DNA of 61,085 nt from NCBI GenBank assembly GCA_964506785.1, contig CAZDME010000001.1:1-61085 (forward strand), written 5' to 3'. The DNA is from an uncultured bacterium. Lineage in GTDB: Bacteria; CAZDME01; JAYEMH01. The notes beneath the pieces are model-generated. The model saw only the letters and a program-made list of their open reading frames with translations. It made no database searches and was not told the origin of the DNA. The translations under genes were made by a program, and so were the position numbers. Positions 1 to 7,810 of the stretch are shown here, piece by piece. How positions within the stretch are numbered: the first letter of the stretch is position 1; each line of letters opens with the position of its first letter.

Positions 1-6
1 AATACC

Positions 7-95
7 TGTGGATTTGTGGATTCTTAAAAAACAGGCTAAAAAAACGAATATTATAGAAGGATAAGTTGTTAATAACAGTATAATAAATATCCACA
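7..95. promoter_or_regulatory. DnaA-box-like 9-mers downstream of dnaA
   Basis: TGTGGATTT (7-15) and TGTGGATTC (15-23) are 7/9 to TGTGGATAA. ATATCCACA (87-95) is 8/9 to TTATCCACA. Confidence 0.4.
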
Positions 96-114
96 AAACA
101 AACAACTAAAAAAA

Positions 115-1455
115 CTATTCATTATTAATTTTATTTTTTAATAAATCAACTAATTTTTGTAGATTTAAATCACTCTTTAATAAATGGTCAATTACGTTTA
201 CGGCATGTAACACTGTGGTATGGTCCCGTCCGCCGAAATACTCCCCTATTTCCGGGAGAGAACACTCGGTCAGCTGGCGGGTAAGAAACATAGCGACCTG
301 GCGGGGGAAAACCACTGTTTTTGTCCTCTTTTTTATTTTCATATCAGCAACGCTTAAATCAAAATACTCGCTAACTTTTCTCTGAATCAAATCGATAGAA
401 ATGTGTTTTTCCCCCTGGCTGTGAGAAAAAAGGTCTTTTAGTGTTTCTTCGGCCAGTTCAGTCGTTATCGGAGCCCCCACTAAACTGGCGTAAGCCACCA
501 GCCTGATTAAAGCGCCTTCCAATTCCCGGACATTAAAGCGAATTTTAGCTGCCAGAAAATTTGTTACCGCTTCGGGGATCGGCAGTGTTTCCTTTTCCGC
601 CTTCTTTCTCAAAATGGCAATTCGCGTTTCTAAATCAGGGGGTTGAATATCGGTAACCAAACCCCACTCAAAGCGCGAAATTAAGCGCTCTTCTAAATTA
701 GGAATTTCTTTTGGCGGAGAATCAGACGAAATAACAATTTGTTTATGTGCGTCGTAAAGGGTGTTAAAAGTGTGGAAAAATTCCTCCTGGGTGCTTTCTT
801 TACCAGATAGAAATTGAATATCATCCAATAGAAGAAGGTCAACGTTGCGGTATTTATTTCTAAACCTCAATGTAGTCTGGTTTTGAATAGAGTCGATCAA
901 CTGATTGGTAAATTTTTCGCAAGAGCCATAGAAAACACATAAATTCGGATTGGTTTTTTGAGCTAAATGGCCCACGGCTTGTAAAAGATGGGTTTTCCCC
1001 AGGCCAACGCCGCCATAGATAAAAAGAGGATTGTAGGCTTTACCCGGAGATTGTCCCACAGCTAAAGAGGCGGCATGGGCGAACCGGCTGCCGGGGCCAA
1101 CTACAAAATTTTCAAATTGGTATTTAGGATTCAGGTGGGTGTCTTCCCGGCTTAAAGAATTGGACCGGAGGGTATAGACCGGTTCTTTGTTCACAGAAGG
1201 CTCTTGGTTCGATTTTTTGATCGAAACCGAAACATGGCTTGTGGATAAACCACTTACCACGGAACAAACCTGCTCTAAATAGTGTTCCCTCACCCACTCC
1301 TCAATAAAAGAATTGGGGGCTTCCAAGACCAATTGAGAGTTATCGAGACTCAACGGCCTGAGGGGTTTAACCCATGTTTCAAAACTTTGCCGGGGGATAA
1401 TTTTTTCTAATTCAGACAAGGCTTGAGGCCACAGGGTATCGAGGGCGGAAGACAC
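115..1455 (-). CDS. dnaA: chromosomal replication initiator DnaA
   Basis: 446 aa. AAA+ Walker [12 protein letters not shown], Walker [11 protein letters not shown]-terminal DnaA-box-binding region ([11 protein letters not shown]). DnaA boxes on both sides. Confidence 0.97.
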   Translation of the reverse strand: MSSALDTLWPQALSELEKIIPRQSFETWVKPLRPLSLDNSQLVLEAPNSFIEEWVREHYLEQVCSVVSGLSTSHVSVSIKKSNQEPSVNKEPVYTLRSNSLSREDTHLNPKYQFENFVVGPGSRFAHAASLAVGQSPGKAYNPLFIYGGVGLGKTHLLQAVGHLAQKTNPNLCVFYGSCEKFTNQLIDSIQNQTTLRFRNKYRNVDLLLLDDIQFLSGKESTQEEFFHTFNTLYDAHKQIVISSDSPPKEIPNLEERLISRFEWGLVTDIQPPDLETRIAILRKKAEKETLPIPEAVTNFLAAKIRFNVRELEGALIRLVAYASLVGAPITTELAEETLKDLFSHSQGEKHISIDLIQRKVSEYFDLSVADMKIKKRTKTVVFPRQVAMFLTRQLTECSLPEIGEYFGGRDHTTVLHAVNVIDHLLKSDLNLQKLVDLLKNKINNE

Positions 1456-1805
1456 AGGAAAACTCCTAACTATTTAAAACTAAGGGATTATATAGAAAAC
1501 CATCAGTTTGACCACAACAAATCCACAAATTATCTACAGATAACCTAAGGGTTTGAAATACTTAAAGTTGGAGAGGAAAAATGCTAAAACCTTCTCACCC
1601 TTAACCGAAGCGAAACACTAACCTTGGGGGGACGAAGAAATTACGGATATCTACAACCTCAATAAAATCAAGGAGTTATAAAAAACAAACCTGTCTATTT
1701 TCACTGTCCTCGAGAAAAAGTCCGTCTGCTCTGTTGAAACAAGGGTAAAGGGCTAAATTGTTTTATCCGGAGACTTCCCCACCTTGTCCAAAAAATACCC
1801 ACAGT

Positions 1806-1814
1806 TTATCCACA
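1806..1814 (+). promoter_or_regulatory. perfect DnaA box TTATCCACA
   Basis: Exact match to the consensus 9-mer, read directly. Confidence 0.8.
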
Positions 1815-1960
1815 TCCCCAAAAACCACCATAATTGGATACAGGTAAGAAAATTTTAACAAAAAAAATTTTTTTGTCAACTTTTTTTTGAAGTCTTTTAA
1901 ACAAAGAAGACTTCTAAAACTTTCGGTACGCCAAACAAGTGCGCGGGTAGACAGCCAAAA

Positions 1961-1976
1961 TGTTTCACGGGAAACA
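1961..1976. promoter_or_regulatory. parS-like site (15/16)
   Basis: TGTTTCACGGGAAACA, one mismatch to the palindrome TGTTTCACGTGAAACA found three times downstream. Confidence 0.65.
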
Positions 1977-1980
1977 GTCT

Positions 1981-2053
1981 GGCTCATAGCTGTTAGCTCT
2001 TGGTCGATAGTCAAAAAAACTCCATTCCTTTAACCATGAGCCATGAGCCAAAC
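1981..2053. repeat. family-A heptamer element (GCTCATA units, then reverse units)
   Basis: ggctcata gctgtta gctcttg gtcgata, then a spacer, then aaccatg agccatg agccaaa. Shares the 17-mer AACCATGAGCCATGAGC with 30838-30854. Confidence 0.8.
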
Positions 2054-2063
2054 AGGAAAGCCC

Positions 2064-2092
2064 TTGACAACCACCTCTAATTAACTTATAAT
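2064..2092 (+). promoter_or_regulatory. consensus sigma70-type promoter for rpmH operon
   Basis: TTGACA (2064-2069), 17-nt spacer, TATAAT (2087-2092). Confidence 0.8.
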
Positions 2093-2138
2093 CTCATAAT
2101 CTGATAATCCGAATAACCCAGTAACGGGAGAAAGCGCT

Positions 2139-2273
2139 TTGAAAAGGACTTTTCAACCATCAAAAATTAGCCGAAAGAGAACACATGGATTCCGCCGCCG
2201 CAAACAGACGAAGGGGGGGCGCAAGGTTTTAAATCGCCGACGGAAAAAAGGAAGAAAGCGCCTGGCGGCCTGA
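2139..2273 (+). CDS. rpmH: 50S ribosomal protein L34
   Basis: 45-codon ORF below the track cutoff. Hand translation [47 protein letters not shown] start, GGGAG at 2126-2130. Conserved rpmH-rnpA-yidD-yidC order. Confidence 0.85.
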   Translation: MKRTFQPSKISRKRTHGFRRRKQTKGGRKVLNRRRKKGRKRLAA

Positions 2274-2376
2274 TTTCCGAAAAAGAGCTGCCGTAAAAAG
2301 AGTAAAGGGCGGCTAAAAATTACACAGAGAGGTTAAAGGACGGAATCCTTAAGATATCATCGGGTGTAGATTTACG

Positions 2377-2781
2377 GTGAGTGAATTCAGACATACCTTT
2401 CCCAGGGAAGAAAAAATCCGAAAGAAAAAAGACAGGGACGCGCTTTTTAAAAAAGGGAAAGTTTGTTCCGGGTCTATCTTACAGCTTTTTTTTCTTCCCC
2501 GCGGCGATAATTTACGCAAGGCAGGCTTTGCTTTTAGCCGGGGGGTAACCCCGGCGACAAAACGCAATCGTCTGCGGCGGCTTCTTAGCGAAGCTTACCG
2601 GTTAAACAAGGAGAAGGTGGGTTTGGGGTATAATCTGCTTCTCAAGGTAAAAAAGACGGTTTCTGAGACATCAATGGCCCGTTTTGAAACGGAGTTTCTA
2701 ACCTTGGCCCGGAAAGCCGGGTTGCTCCGGAGCGCTAGGTTTGAGCCTGGTCAAAGACGGGAAAAAGAAAAGGCGGGGTAA
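2377..2781 (+). CDS. rnpA: ribonuclease P protein component
   Basis: 134 aa, basic, with RNR motif (ATKRNRLRRLLSEAYR). Sits between rpmH and yidD. Confidence 0.85.
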   Translation: MSEFRHTFPREEKIRKKKDRDALFKKGKVCSGSILQLFFLPRGDNLRKAGFAFSRGVTPATKRNRLRRLLSEAYRLNKEKVGLGYNLLLKVKKTVSETSMARFETEFLTLARKAGLLRSARFEPGQRREKEKAG

Positions 2782-2790
2782 ACCGCAGAT

Positions 2791-2806
2791 TGTTTCACGT
2801 GAAACA
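2791..2806. promoter_or_regulatory. parS site (perfect 16-bp palindrome)
   Basis: TGTTTCACGTGAAACA, matching the ParB-binding consensus TGTTNCACGTGAAACA. Confidence 0.85.
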
Positions 2807-2808
2807 GT

Positions 2809-2883
2809 GTAGCCGATAGCTCATCGGTCATGGCTCATAGCTAAAATTGGCTATTGGCTCGTAGCTTATGGTTGATAGCTAAT
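2809..2883. repeat. family-A heptamer array
   Basis: gtagccgata gctcatc ggtcatg gctcata gctaaaa ttggcta ttggctc gtagctt atggttg atagcta. Confidence 0.8.
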
Positions 2884-2894
2884 TAAGAAAAAAG

Positions 2895-3107
2895 ATGATA
2901 CAAGGGGTAGTACTGCTTATATTGCGCGTGTATAAAAAGGGGATATCCCCCTATCTGCCCCATCGCTGCCGTTTTTACCCTTCGTGTTCAGAGTATACCC
3001 GTCAAGCGATTAGTCGATATGGCTTATTACAGGGGATTTGGCTCGGAGGGTGGCGTCTTTTGCGCTGCGGGCCTTGGCATCCGGGTGGCTATGATCCGGT
3101 TAAATAG
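2895..3107 (+). CDS. yidD: membrane protein insertion efficiency factor YidD
   Basis: 70 aa. Signature ISPYLPHRCRFYPSCSEYTRQAISRYG. Confidence 0.9.
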   Translation: MIQGVVLLILRVYKKGISPYLPHRCRFYPSCSEYTRQAISRYGLLQGIWLGGWRLLRCGPWHPGGYDPVK

Positions 3108-3124
3108 CGCATCAAGAAGAGCCC

Positions 3125-3215
3125 GTAGATGATGGCTTCCATTAGCTGTTGGCTCAGAGTTCATCGCTCATGGCTAAAAGAAAACACCTTTTTTGCCATT
3201 AGCTAAGAGCCAGAA
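3125..3215. repeat. family-A heptamer array abutting parS
   Basis: gtagatg atggctt ccattag ctgttgg ctcagag ttcatcg ctcatgg ctaaaag, then gccatta gctaaga gccagaa immediately before parS. Confidence 0.75.
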
Positions 3216-3231
3216 TGTTTCACGTGAAACA
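3216..3231. promoter_or_regulatory. parS site (perfect)
   Basis: TGTTTCACGTGAAACA. Confidence 0.85.
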
Positions 3232-3329
3232 ATTTGGCGGCGGCACCTAGAATCCCATAAAAAAGTGGGTGACAAAAGGGCAAAAAAGCCCAAAAAAGCG
3301 AAAAGGACTGAAGAAAACAGGGGTAAATT

Positions 3330-4991
3330 ATGGAAAAAAGACTGCTATTAGCTATTGTTTTGTCGATTCTGGTTTTGGCTTCATTTCAGTATTATGCGGC
3401 AAAAATAGCCCCTCAGTCTGAACCGGGGCAGATAGAAACAAGAGAAAACAAAGCGGGCTTATCCCCTCAAATGACCACCGGGCCAACCGGCCATCCGGAC
3501 AAGCAGCTAACCGGGGGTGTTTCAGGGGAAACAATGCTTCCAGGGCAGGAAGCCTCTTTTCCGGTCATAGAAGCGAGGGAGTCTAAGGTAGAAACGAGTC
3601 TTTTTAAAGCGGCCATTAGTCTCAACGGGGCCGGAGTCGCCGGCTGGCAGCTCAAGGAATATAAAAATAAGGATGGCCAGCTGATCAATTTGTCCTGCCC
3701 CGAGAGGTTGGCCTCCAACCTTCCTCTATATATCCGTTGGGGATCGGTCTCTCCTTTAATCTTCCAGGGGAAGGAGTTGCTAAAATTGGGTTTTGAGCAG
3801 CCTCAAGGAGAGCTGTTTCTGCAAGCCCAGGCTGACCCCTGGAGGCTGGATAAGAAAATGGCCTTTTCCGACCAGGATTACCTCTTTTGGTTAGAACTTA
3901 GCTGGCAGAATCTTTCCTCAGAGACAAGAAAGCTGCCGGACTATTATCTGGTTTGTACCCCTGGTTTTGGGTTACAAGATAAAGAAAACCGGCAGTATGC
4001 TGAAGCCAAAGCCGGTTTTGTCCTTGGGGATACGCTGAAAGCGAAAAAATGGAAGATACACTCTTTAACCAGGAAGTTAATCAGAAGAAACGCCGAAACC
4101 GGTTCAATTACCCGTCTGGATAATGAGCTTCCCGGGATAGTCCGCTGGTTGGCCTATCGGGTCAAATATTTTACCATAATCATCAAGCCAGAGGAAGAGG
4201 CAAAAGGAATCCTTTTTTCCGGATTAGGCGAGGATGAAGCCCTCTGCCAGCTAAAAATGCCGGGAGAAGAAGTTCGCCCCGGAGAAACTTTTAATCAACG
4301 TTTTGCCGTTTATCTGGGGCCGGTAGATTATGATCAGCTTAAAAGAGCAAATCTGGGTTTAGAGGCAATTTTTGAGAGCGGCGGATTGGCTCCTTTGCGA
4401 AGATTGGTCATGGCTGTTCTTAAATTTTTCTATAAAATGGTAGGGAACTGGGGGGTGGCTATCATCCTTTTGACCATAGTTGCCAAGATTATTCTTCTTC
4501 CCCTGACACAAAAAAGCTTCCGGTCGATGGGGGAGATGCAGAAACTTCAGCCGCAGATAAACAGCCTGCGACAGGTCTATAAAGATAACCCGCAAAAACT
4601 GCAAAAAGAGATTATGGAGCTTTACCGCAGCCACAAGGTTAACCCCATGGGCGGCTGTTTTCCCATGCTTTTGCAAATGCCGGTTTTTATTGCTTTATTT
4701 ACCGCTTTAAGGAGCGCCATTGAGCTGCGACATGCCCCTTTTATCTTCTGGATAAAGGATCTCTCGGCCAAAGACCCCTTGTATGTTCTTCCTATTCTTA
4801 TGGGAGGGGTAATGGTTGCCCAGCAGAAAATGAGCCCGCAAGCCGATCCCCAGCAGGCTAAAATGGCCATGATTATGCCTATATTTTTCACCTTTCTTTT
4901 TATGAATTTTCCCAGCGGCCTGGTTTTATACTGGCTGGTCAATAGCTTTCTTTCTGTGGGGGAGCAGTGGTGGATAAAGAAAAAGAATTAA
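3330..4991 (+). CDS. yidC: membrane protein insertase YidC
   Basis: 553 aa. N-terminal TM helix, large periplasmic domain, C-terminal insertase core (GCFPMLLQMPVFIALF, PSGLVLYWLVNS). Confidence 0.93.
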   Translation: MEKRLLLAIVLSILVLASFQYYAAKIAPQSEPGQIETRENKAGLSPQMTTGPTGHPDKQLTGGVSGETMLPGQEASFPVIEARESKVETSLFKAAISLNGAGVAGWQLKEYKNKDGQLINLSCPERLASNLPLYIRWGSVSPLIFQGKELLKLGFEQPQGELFLQAQADPWRLDKKMAFSDQDYLFWLELSWQNLSSETRKLPDYYLVCTPGFGLQDKENRQYAEAKAGFVLGDTLKAKKWKIHSLTRKLIRRNAETGSITRLDNELPGIVRWLAYRVKYFTIIIKPEEEAKGILFSGLGEDEALCQLKMPGEEVRPGETFNQRFAVYLGPVDYDQLKRANLGLEAIFESGGLAPLRRLVMAVLKFFYKMVGNWGVAIILLTIVAKIILLPLTQKSFRSMGEMQKLQPQINSLRQVYKDNPQKLQKEIMELYRSHKVNPMGGCFPMLLQMPVFIALFTALRSAIELRHAPFIFWIKDLSAKDPLYVLPILMGGVMVAQQKMSPQADPQQAKMAMIMPIFFTFLFMNFPSGLVLYWLVNSFLSVGEQWWIKKKN

Positions 4992-4994
4992 ATT

Positions 4995-5057
4995 GACTCG
5001 TTGATTGTGGCTGATGGCTCATAGCTGATTGCTTCCGCCAAAAGAGCTATGAGCCAA
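4995..5057. repeat. family-A heptamer array abutting parS
   Basis: gactcgt tgattgt ggctgat ggctcat agctgat tgcttcc gccaaaa gagctat gagccaa. Confidence 0.75.
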
Positions 5058-5059
5058 AT

Positions 5060-5075
5060 TGTTTCACGTGAAACA
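5060..5075. promoter_or_regulatory. parS site (perfect)
   Basis: TGTTTCACGTGAAACA. Confidence 0.85.
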
Positions 5076-5077
5076 AT

Positions 5078-6487
5078 TTGGGAATGAGGGGTAAAGTGAG
5101 AAACTCCTATAGCGATACCATAGCTGCCATTGCCACGCCTTTAGGAGAGGGGGGTATTGGCATTGTCCGTTTGAGCGGCTCTCAGGCGGTATCTATTGCC
5201 GCCCGGATTTTCCGCTCGAGCCCCCGGCGAAATATTAATGAGTTACCCAGCCATAGCCTTCACTATGGGCAGGTGGTTTCCCGGACAAAGCCCATAGATG
5301 AAGGATTGCTGGCCATTATGAGGGCCCCCAATTCATATACCCGGGAAGATGTAGTTGAAATCCAGGCCCATGGCGGACCCATTCCTTTAGAGAAAATTCT
5401 CCGTTTGGTTATTGAGGAAGGTGCCCGGCCGGCTGAACCGGGAGAATTTACCCGGCGGGCTTTTCTTAACGGCCGGATGGACTTAGTCCAGGCTGAGGCG
5501 GTGGCCGATTTAATTCGGGCCCGGACAGAAGGCGCCTATGAAATTGCCCTGGGACAGCTTTCCGGCCGTTTTTCCGCGAAGGTAAAGGATTTACGGCAGC
5601 GGTTGATAAAGTGTTTAACCATAATCGAGGCAAGTATTGATTTCCCCGAGGAAAGCGGGTTGGGCCCGGGGAAATCGTTTCAGAAAACCCTTCGTCTTCT
5701 CGGTGACGAACTGCTTAAGCTGGAAGAAGGGGCGGAAAAAGGAAGAATCATCCGGGAAGGGATTAGGGCGGTTATTATCGGCCGGCCGAATGTGGGCAAA
5801 TCAAGTTTAATGAATGCCCTCTTAAAAGAAAAAAGGGTTATTGTTACCCATATACCAGGAACCACCCGCGATGTCGTTGAAGAAATAGTCAATATCGAGG
5901 GTATCCCTTTAAGGATTGCGGATACGGCCGGCTTGCGAAAAACCAGGAAGCTGATTGAAATTCAGGGTGTTGCCCAAAGCCGTTCTTATCTGGACAAGGC
6001 GGATTTAGTTATTATCGTTCTGGACGGGCACCAGAAACTGAAGAAAGAAGATTTGGATATTATAAAATTAGTCAAAGAGAAAGGGAAAAAAGCCATTGCG
6101 GCCGTCAATAAGAGCGATTTGCCGATTCGATTGGAAATGCCCCGGTTAAAGCGACATTTTCCCGCCGGGATGACTGTCCGGATTTCAGCCAAATGTCTTG
6201 CGGGGATTTCGAATTTCAACCGGAAAATCGCCCCCGCCCTGGGAATAAAAAAACCCGGGAACGGAAGCGAAAATATCTTAGCCAGCCGCTTAAGGCACCA
6301 GATTAGCTTGGGAAATGCCCGGAGTAATGTCCATAATGCCCTTCTGGCCTGGCAAAACGGACTATCTGCTGAGTTTATTGCCTTTGACCTTTGGCAGTCG
6401 GTTGAAGCCTTAGATGAAATCTTGGGGCTGAATTATAAAGAAGATTTATTGGATAAAATATTCCGAGAATTTTGCATCGGAAAATAA
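5078..6487 (+). CDS. mnmE: tRNA modification GTPase MnmE
   Basis: 469 aa. G-domain motifs GRPNVGKSSLMNAL, DTAGLR and NKSDL, and the C-terminal CIGK. Start uncertain (TTG 5078, ATG 5084 or GTG 5096). Confidence 0.92.
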   Translation: MGMRGKVRNSYSDTIAAIATPLGEGGIGIVRLSGSQAVSIAARIFRSSPRRNINELPSHSLHYGQVVSRTKPIDEGLLAIMRAPNSYTREDVVEIQAHGGPIPLEKILRLVIEEGARPAEPGEFTRRAFLNGRMDLVQAEAVADLIRARTEGAYEIALGQLSGRFSAKVKDLRQRLIKCLTIIEASIDFPEESGLGPGKSFQKTLRLLGDELLKLEEGAEKGRIIREGIRAVIIGRPNVGKSSLMNALLKEKRVIVTHIPGTTRDVVEEIVNIEGIPLRIADTAGLRKTRKLIEIQGVAQSRSYLDKADLVIIVLDGHQKLKKEDLDIIKLVKEKGKKAIAAVNKSDLPIRLEMPRLKRHFPAGMTVRISAKCLAGISNFNRKIAPALGIKKPGNGSENILASRLRHQISLGNARSNVHNALLAWQNGLSAEFIAFDLWQSVEALDEILGLNYKEDLLDKIFREFCIGK

Positions 6488-6490
6488 GCA

Positions 6491-6660
6491 AATTTAGACA
6501 TTTTTGAACAAGTCTGGACAATTTTGGATGCCTGAAATTGAGAAATATTTCTTGGAAGAAAGGTTTTTTCGACCCGAAGAAACTCGGGCGAGAGCAACGC
6601 TTAAAACGACAAAAATGGACATATTTTGGCATTTTTGTACATATTTGGACAATTACTGGC
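6491..6660 (+). repeat. 10-nt-phased TGGACA-like repeats (family D, two clusters)
   Basis: tttagacatt tttgaacaag tctggacaat tttggatgcc (6491-6530). aaatggacat attttggcat ttttgtacat atttggacaa ttactggcat (about 6613-6662). Confidence 0.7.
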
Positions 6661-6707
6661 ATGGTTTCCTGAGAATCTTTCTGTTCTTTGCATTTGCTGA
6701 AGTTGCC

Positions 6708-6757
6708 TGTGGATAACCTGGAGACATCTGTGGATAACTTAATACATTTGTGGACTG
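6708..6757 (-). promoter_or_regulatory. DnaA-box trio
   Basis: TGTGGATAA at 6708-6716 and 6729-6737 (both 9/9 as the reverse complement of TTATCCACA). TGTGGACTG at 6749-6757 (7/9). Box starts are spaced 21 and 20 nt apart. Confidence 0.75.
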
Positions 6758-6780
6758 GGGTAGGCAAGTCTCAACTTTTC

Positions 6781-6830
6781 TGGACAAATTTGGACACTTC
6801 TGGACAAATTTGGACACTTTTGAAGACATA
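6781..6830 (+). repeat. tandem 2 x 20-bp (4 x 10-bp) TGGACA repeat
   Basis: tggacaaatt tggacacttc tggacaaatt tggacacttt, followed by a degenerate fifth unit tgaagacata. Lies immediately upstream of parA. Confidence 0.85.
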
Positions 6831-6847
6831 AAAGGGAGTTTTTTGTT

Positions 6848-7612
6848 GTGTCAAAAGTTTTTGCGGTAGCCAATCAAAAAGGGGGCGTTGGCAAAACCAC
6901 CACCGTTTTAGGCTTGGCGGCTTGTTTTGCTTTTGCCGGGAAAAAGGTTTTGGTGGTTGATTTTGACCCTCAGGGTCAGGCGACTTCTGGCCTGGGGCTG
7001 GAAAAGGATAAAATTTCCCGGACAGTTTATTCCTGTCTTTTTGAAATAACGCGGCCTTTGGCCCTGGCGCAGGAGACAAAGGTAAAAAACCTCAAAATTA
7101 TCCCTTCTAATATTGAGCTGGCCGGGGCTGAGGTGGAGTTGGTTGAAGTGCCGCAGAGGGAGGAACGCCTGCGGCGTTTAATCGAAAAAATCCGCCAGCG
7201 CTTTGACTTTGTTTTAATTGACTGCCCGCCATCTCTGGGGATATTGACGGTCAATGCTCTGGTGGCCGCCGATAGTGTTATTATTCCCGTCCAGTGCGAA
7301 TATTATGCCTTGGAAGGATTGAGCCAATTGGTAAACTCCATCAACCTGATCCAGGCCGGGCTTAATCCGCATCTATCAATCGAGGGAGTCGTTTTAACCA
7401 TGCATGATGTGCGCATTAACCTTTCCGCACAGGTAATAGATGAAGTTAGAAACTTTTTTCAGGAGAAGGTTTTTAAAGCGGTTGTTCCGCGCAATGTCCG
7501 CCTCGCCGAAGCACCCAGTTTTGGCCAGCCAATTATTCAATATGACCTCCGCTCAGCCGGGGCCGAAGCTTACCTGCGCCTGGCCAAGGAAATTTTAAAA
7601 AGATACAGATAA
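6848..7612 (+). CDS. parA: ParA/Soj chromosome partitioning ATPase
   Basis: 254 aa. GTG start, deviant Walker A KGGVGKTT, followed by parB. Confidence 0.93.
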   Translation: MSKVFAVANQKGGVGKTTTVLGLAACFAFAGKKVLVVDFDPQGQATSGLGLEKDKISRTVYSCLFEITRPLALAQETKVKNLKIIPSNIELAGAEVELVEVPQREERLRRLIEKIRQRFDFVLIDCPPSLGILTVNALVAADSVIIPVQCEYYALEGLSQLVNSINLIQAGLNPHLSIEGVVLTMHDVRINLSAQVIDEVRNFFQEKVFKAVVPRNVRLAEAPSFGQPIIQYDLRSAGAEAYLRLAKEILKRYR

Positions 7613-7665
7613 AAATTTACAGTATACAGATAACAATTAATGATTTAAGTTAACAGTTTACAGTT
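7603..7665 (+). repeat. family-C heptamer array (ACAG-type)
   Basis: atacaga taaaaat ttacagt atacaga taacaat taatgat ttaagtt aacagtt tacagtt. It starts inside the last codons of parA and contains the parA stop codon. Confidence 0.75.
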
Positions 7666-7684
7666 CGTGTTTAACCATAAACTG

Positions 7685-7792
7685 AAATAACGAGCGAACG
7701 ATATAACGGGAAACACGATAACGAGATAACGGACAACGGAATAACGTGATAACGAGCGATGAGATAACGTGATAACGGGGGACGTGATAACG
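7685..7792 (+). repeat. family-B array (nGATAACG units, 7-8-nt period), largest copy
   Basis: At least 13 consecutive units ending in ACG: gaaataacg agcgaacg atataacg ggaaacacg ataacg agataacg gacaacg gaataacg tgataacg ... tgataacg ggggacg tgataacg. Confidence 0.9.
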
Positions 7793-7810
7793 AAGTCGAG
7801 GAGGAAAAAC

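Larger units (their letters stand above)
1456..2138. other. candidate oriC / divergent dnaA-rpmH control region
   Basis: 683-nt non-coding gap. DnaA boxes at 1519-1527 (7/9), 1530-1538 (8/9) and 1806-1814 (9/9). A/T-rich tract about 1850-1890. parS-like site 1961-1976. Confidence 0.55.
6488..6847. other. second oriC-like non-coding region
   Basis: 360 nt between mnmE and parA. Holds a DnaA-box trio, 10-nt-phased TGGACA repeats and A/T-rich stretches. Confidence 0.5.

Noticed and set aside
1763-2014. 83-aa minus-strand ORF in the dnaA-rpmH gap.
   Set aside because: It spans the DnaA box, the A/T tract, parS and the family-A array. It has no motifs and is implausible as a gene.
6630-6650. TGGCAT..TTGT in the TGGACA repeat region as a sigma54 (-24/-12) promoter.
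   Set aside because: The GG-to-GC spacing does not fit TGGCAC-N5-TTGC, since the position expected to be GC reads CA.
6375-7079. Track ORFs 6375-6767(-), 6504-6716(+) and 6771-7079(-) in the mnmE-parA gap.
   Set aside because: They run through DnaA boxes and TGGACA repeats or antisense to parA. They have no SD or recognisable motifs, and their composition is driven by the repeats.
7685-7792. Short regularly spaced repeats as a CRISPR array.
   Set aside because: The units are 7-8 nt, contiguous and without spacers, degenerate, present at many loci and not accompanied by cas genes. This is not CRISPR.
7769-7810. N-terminal extensions in the ORF track that start inside repeat arrays: parB from 7769 (MITGDVITKSRRKN), ybgF-like from 16594, PpiC-like from 23688, gatB from 27282 (MITGQRDNEQRDNG) and fhs from 38869 (MITGS).
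   Set aside because: The extra residues are encoded by GTGATAACG-type or purine heptamer units. Canonical family N-termini and SD sequences occur at the downstream ATGs. The extensions are most likely artefacts of open repeat DNA.
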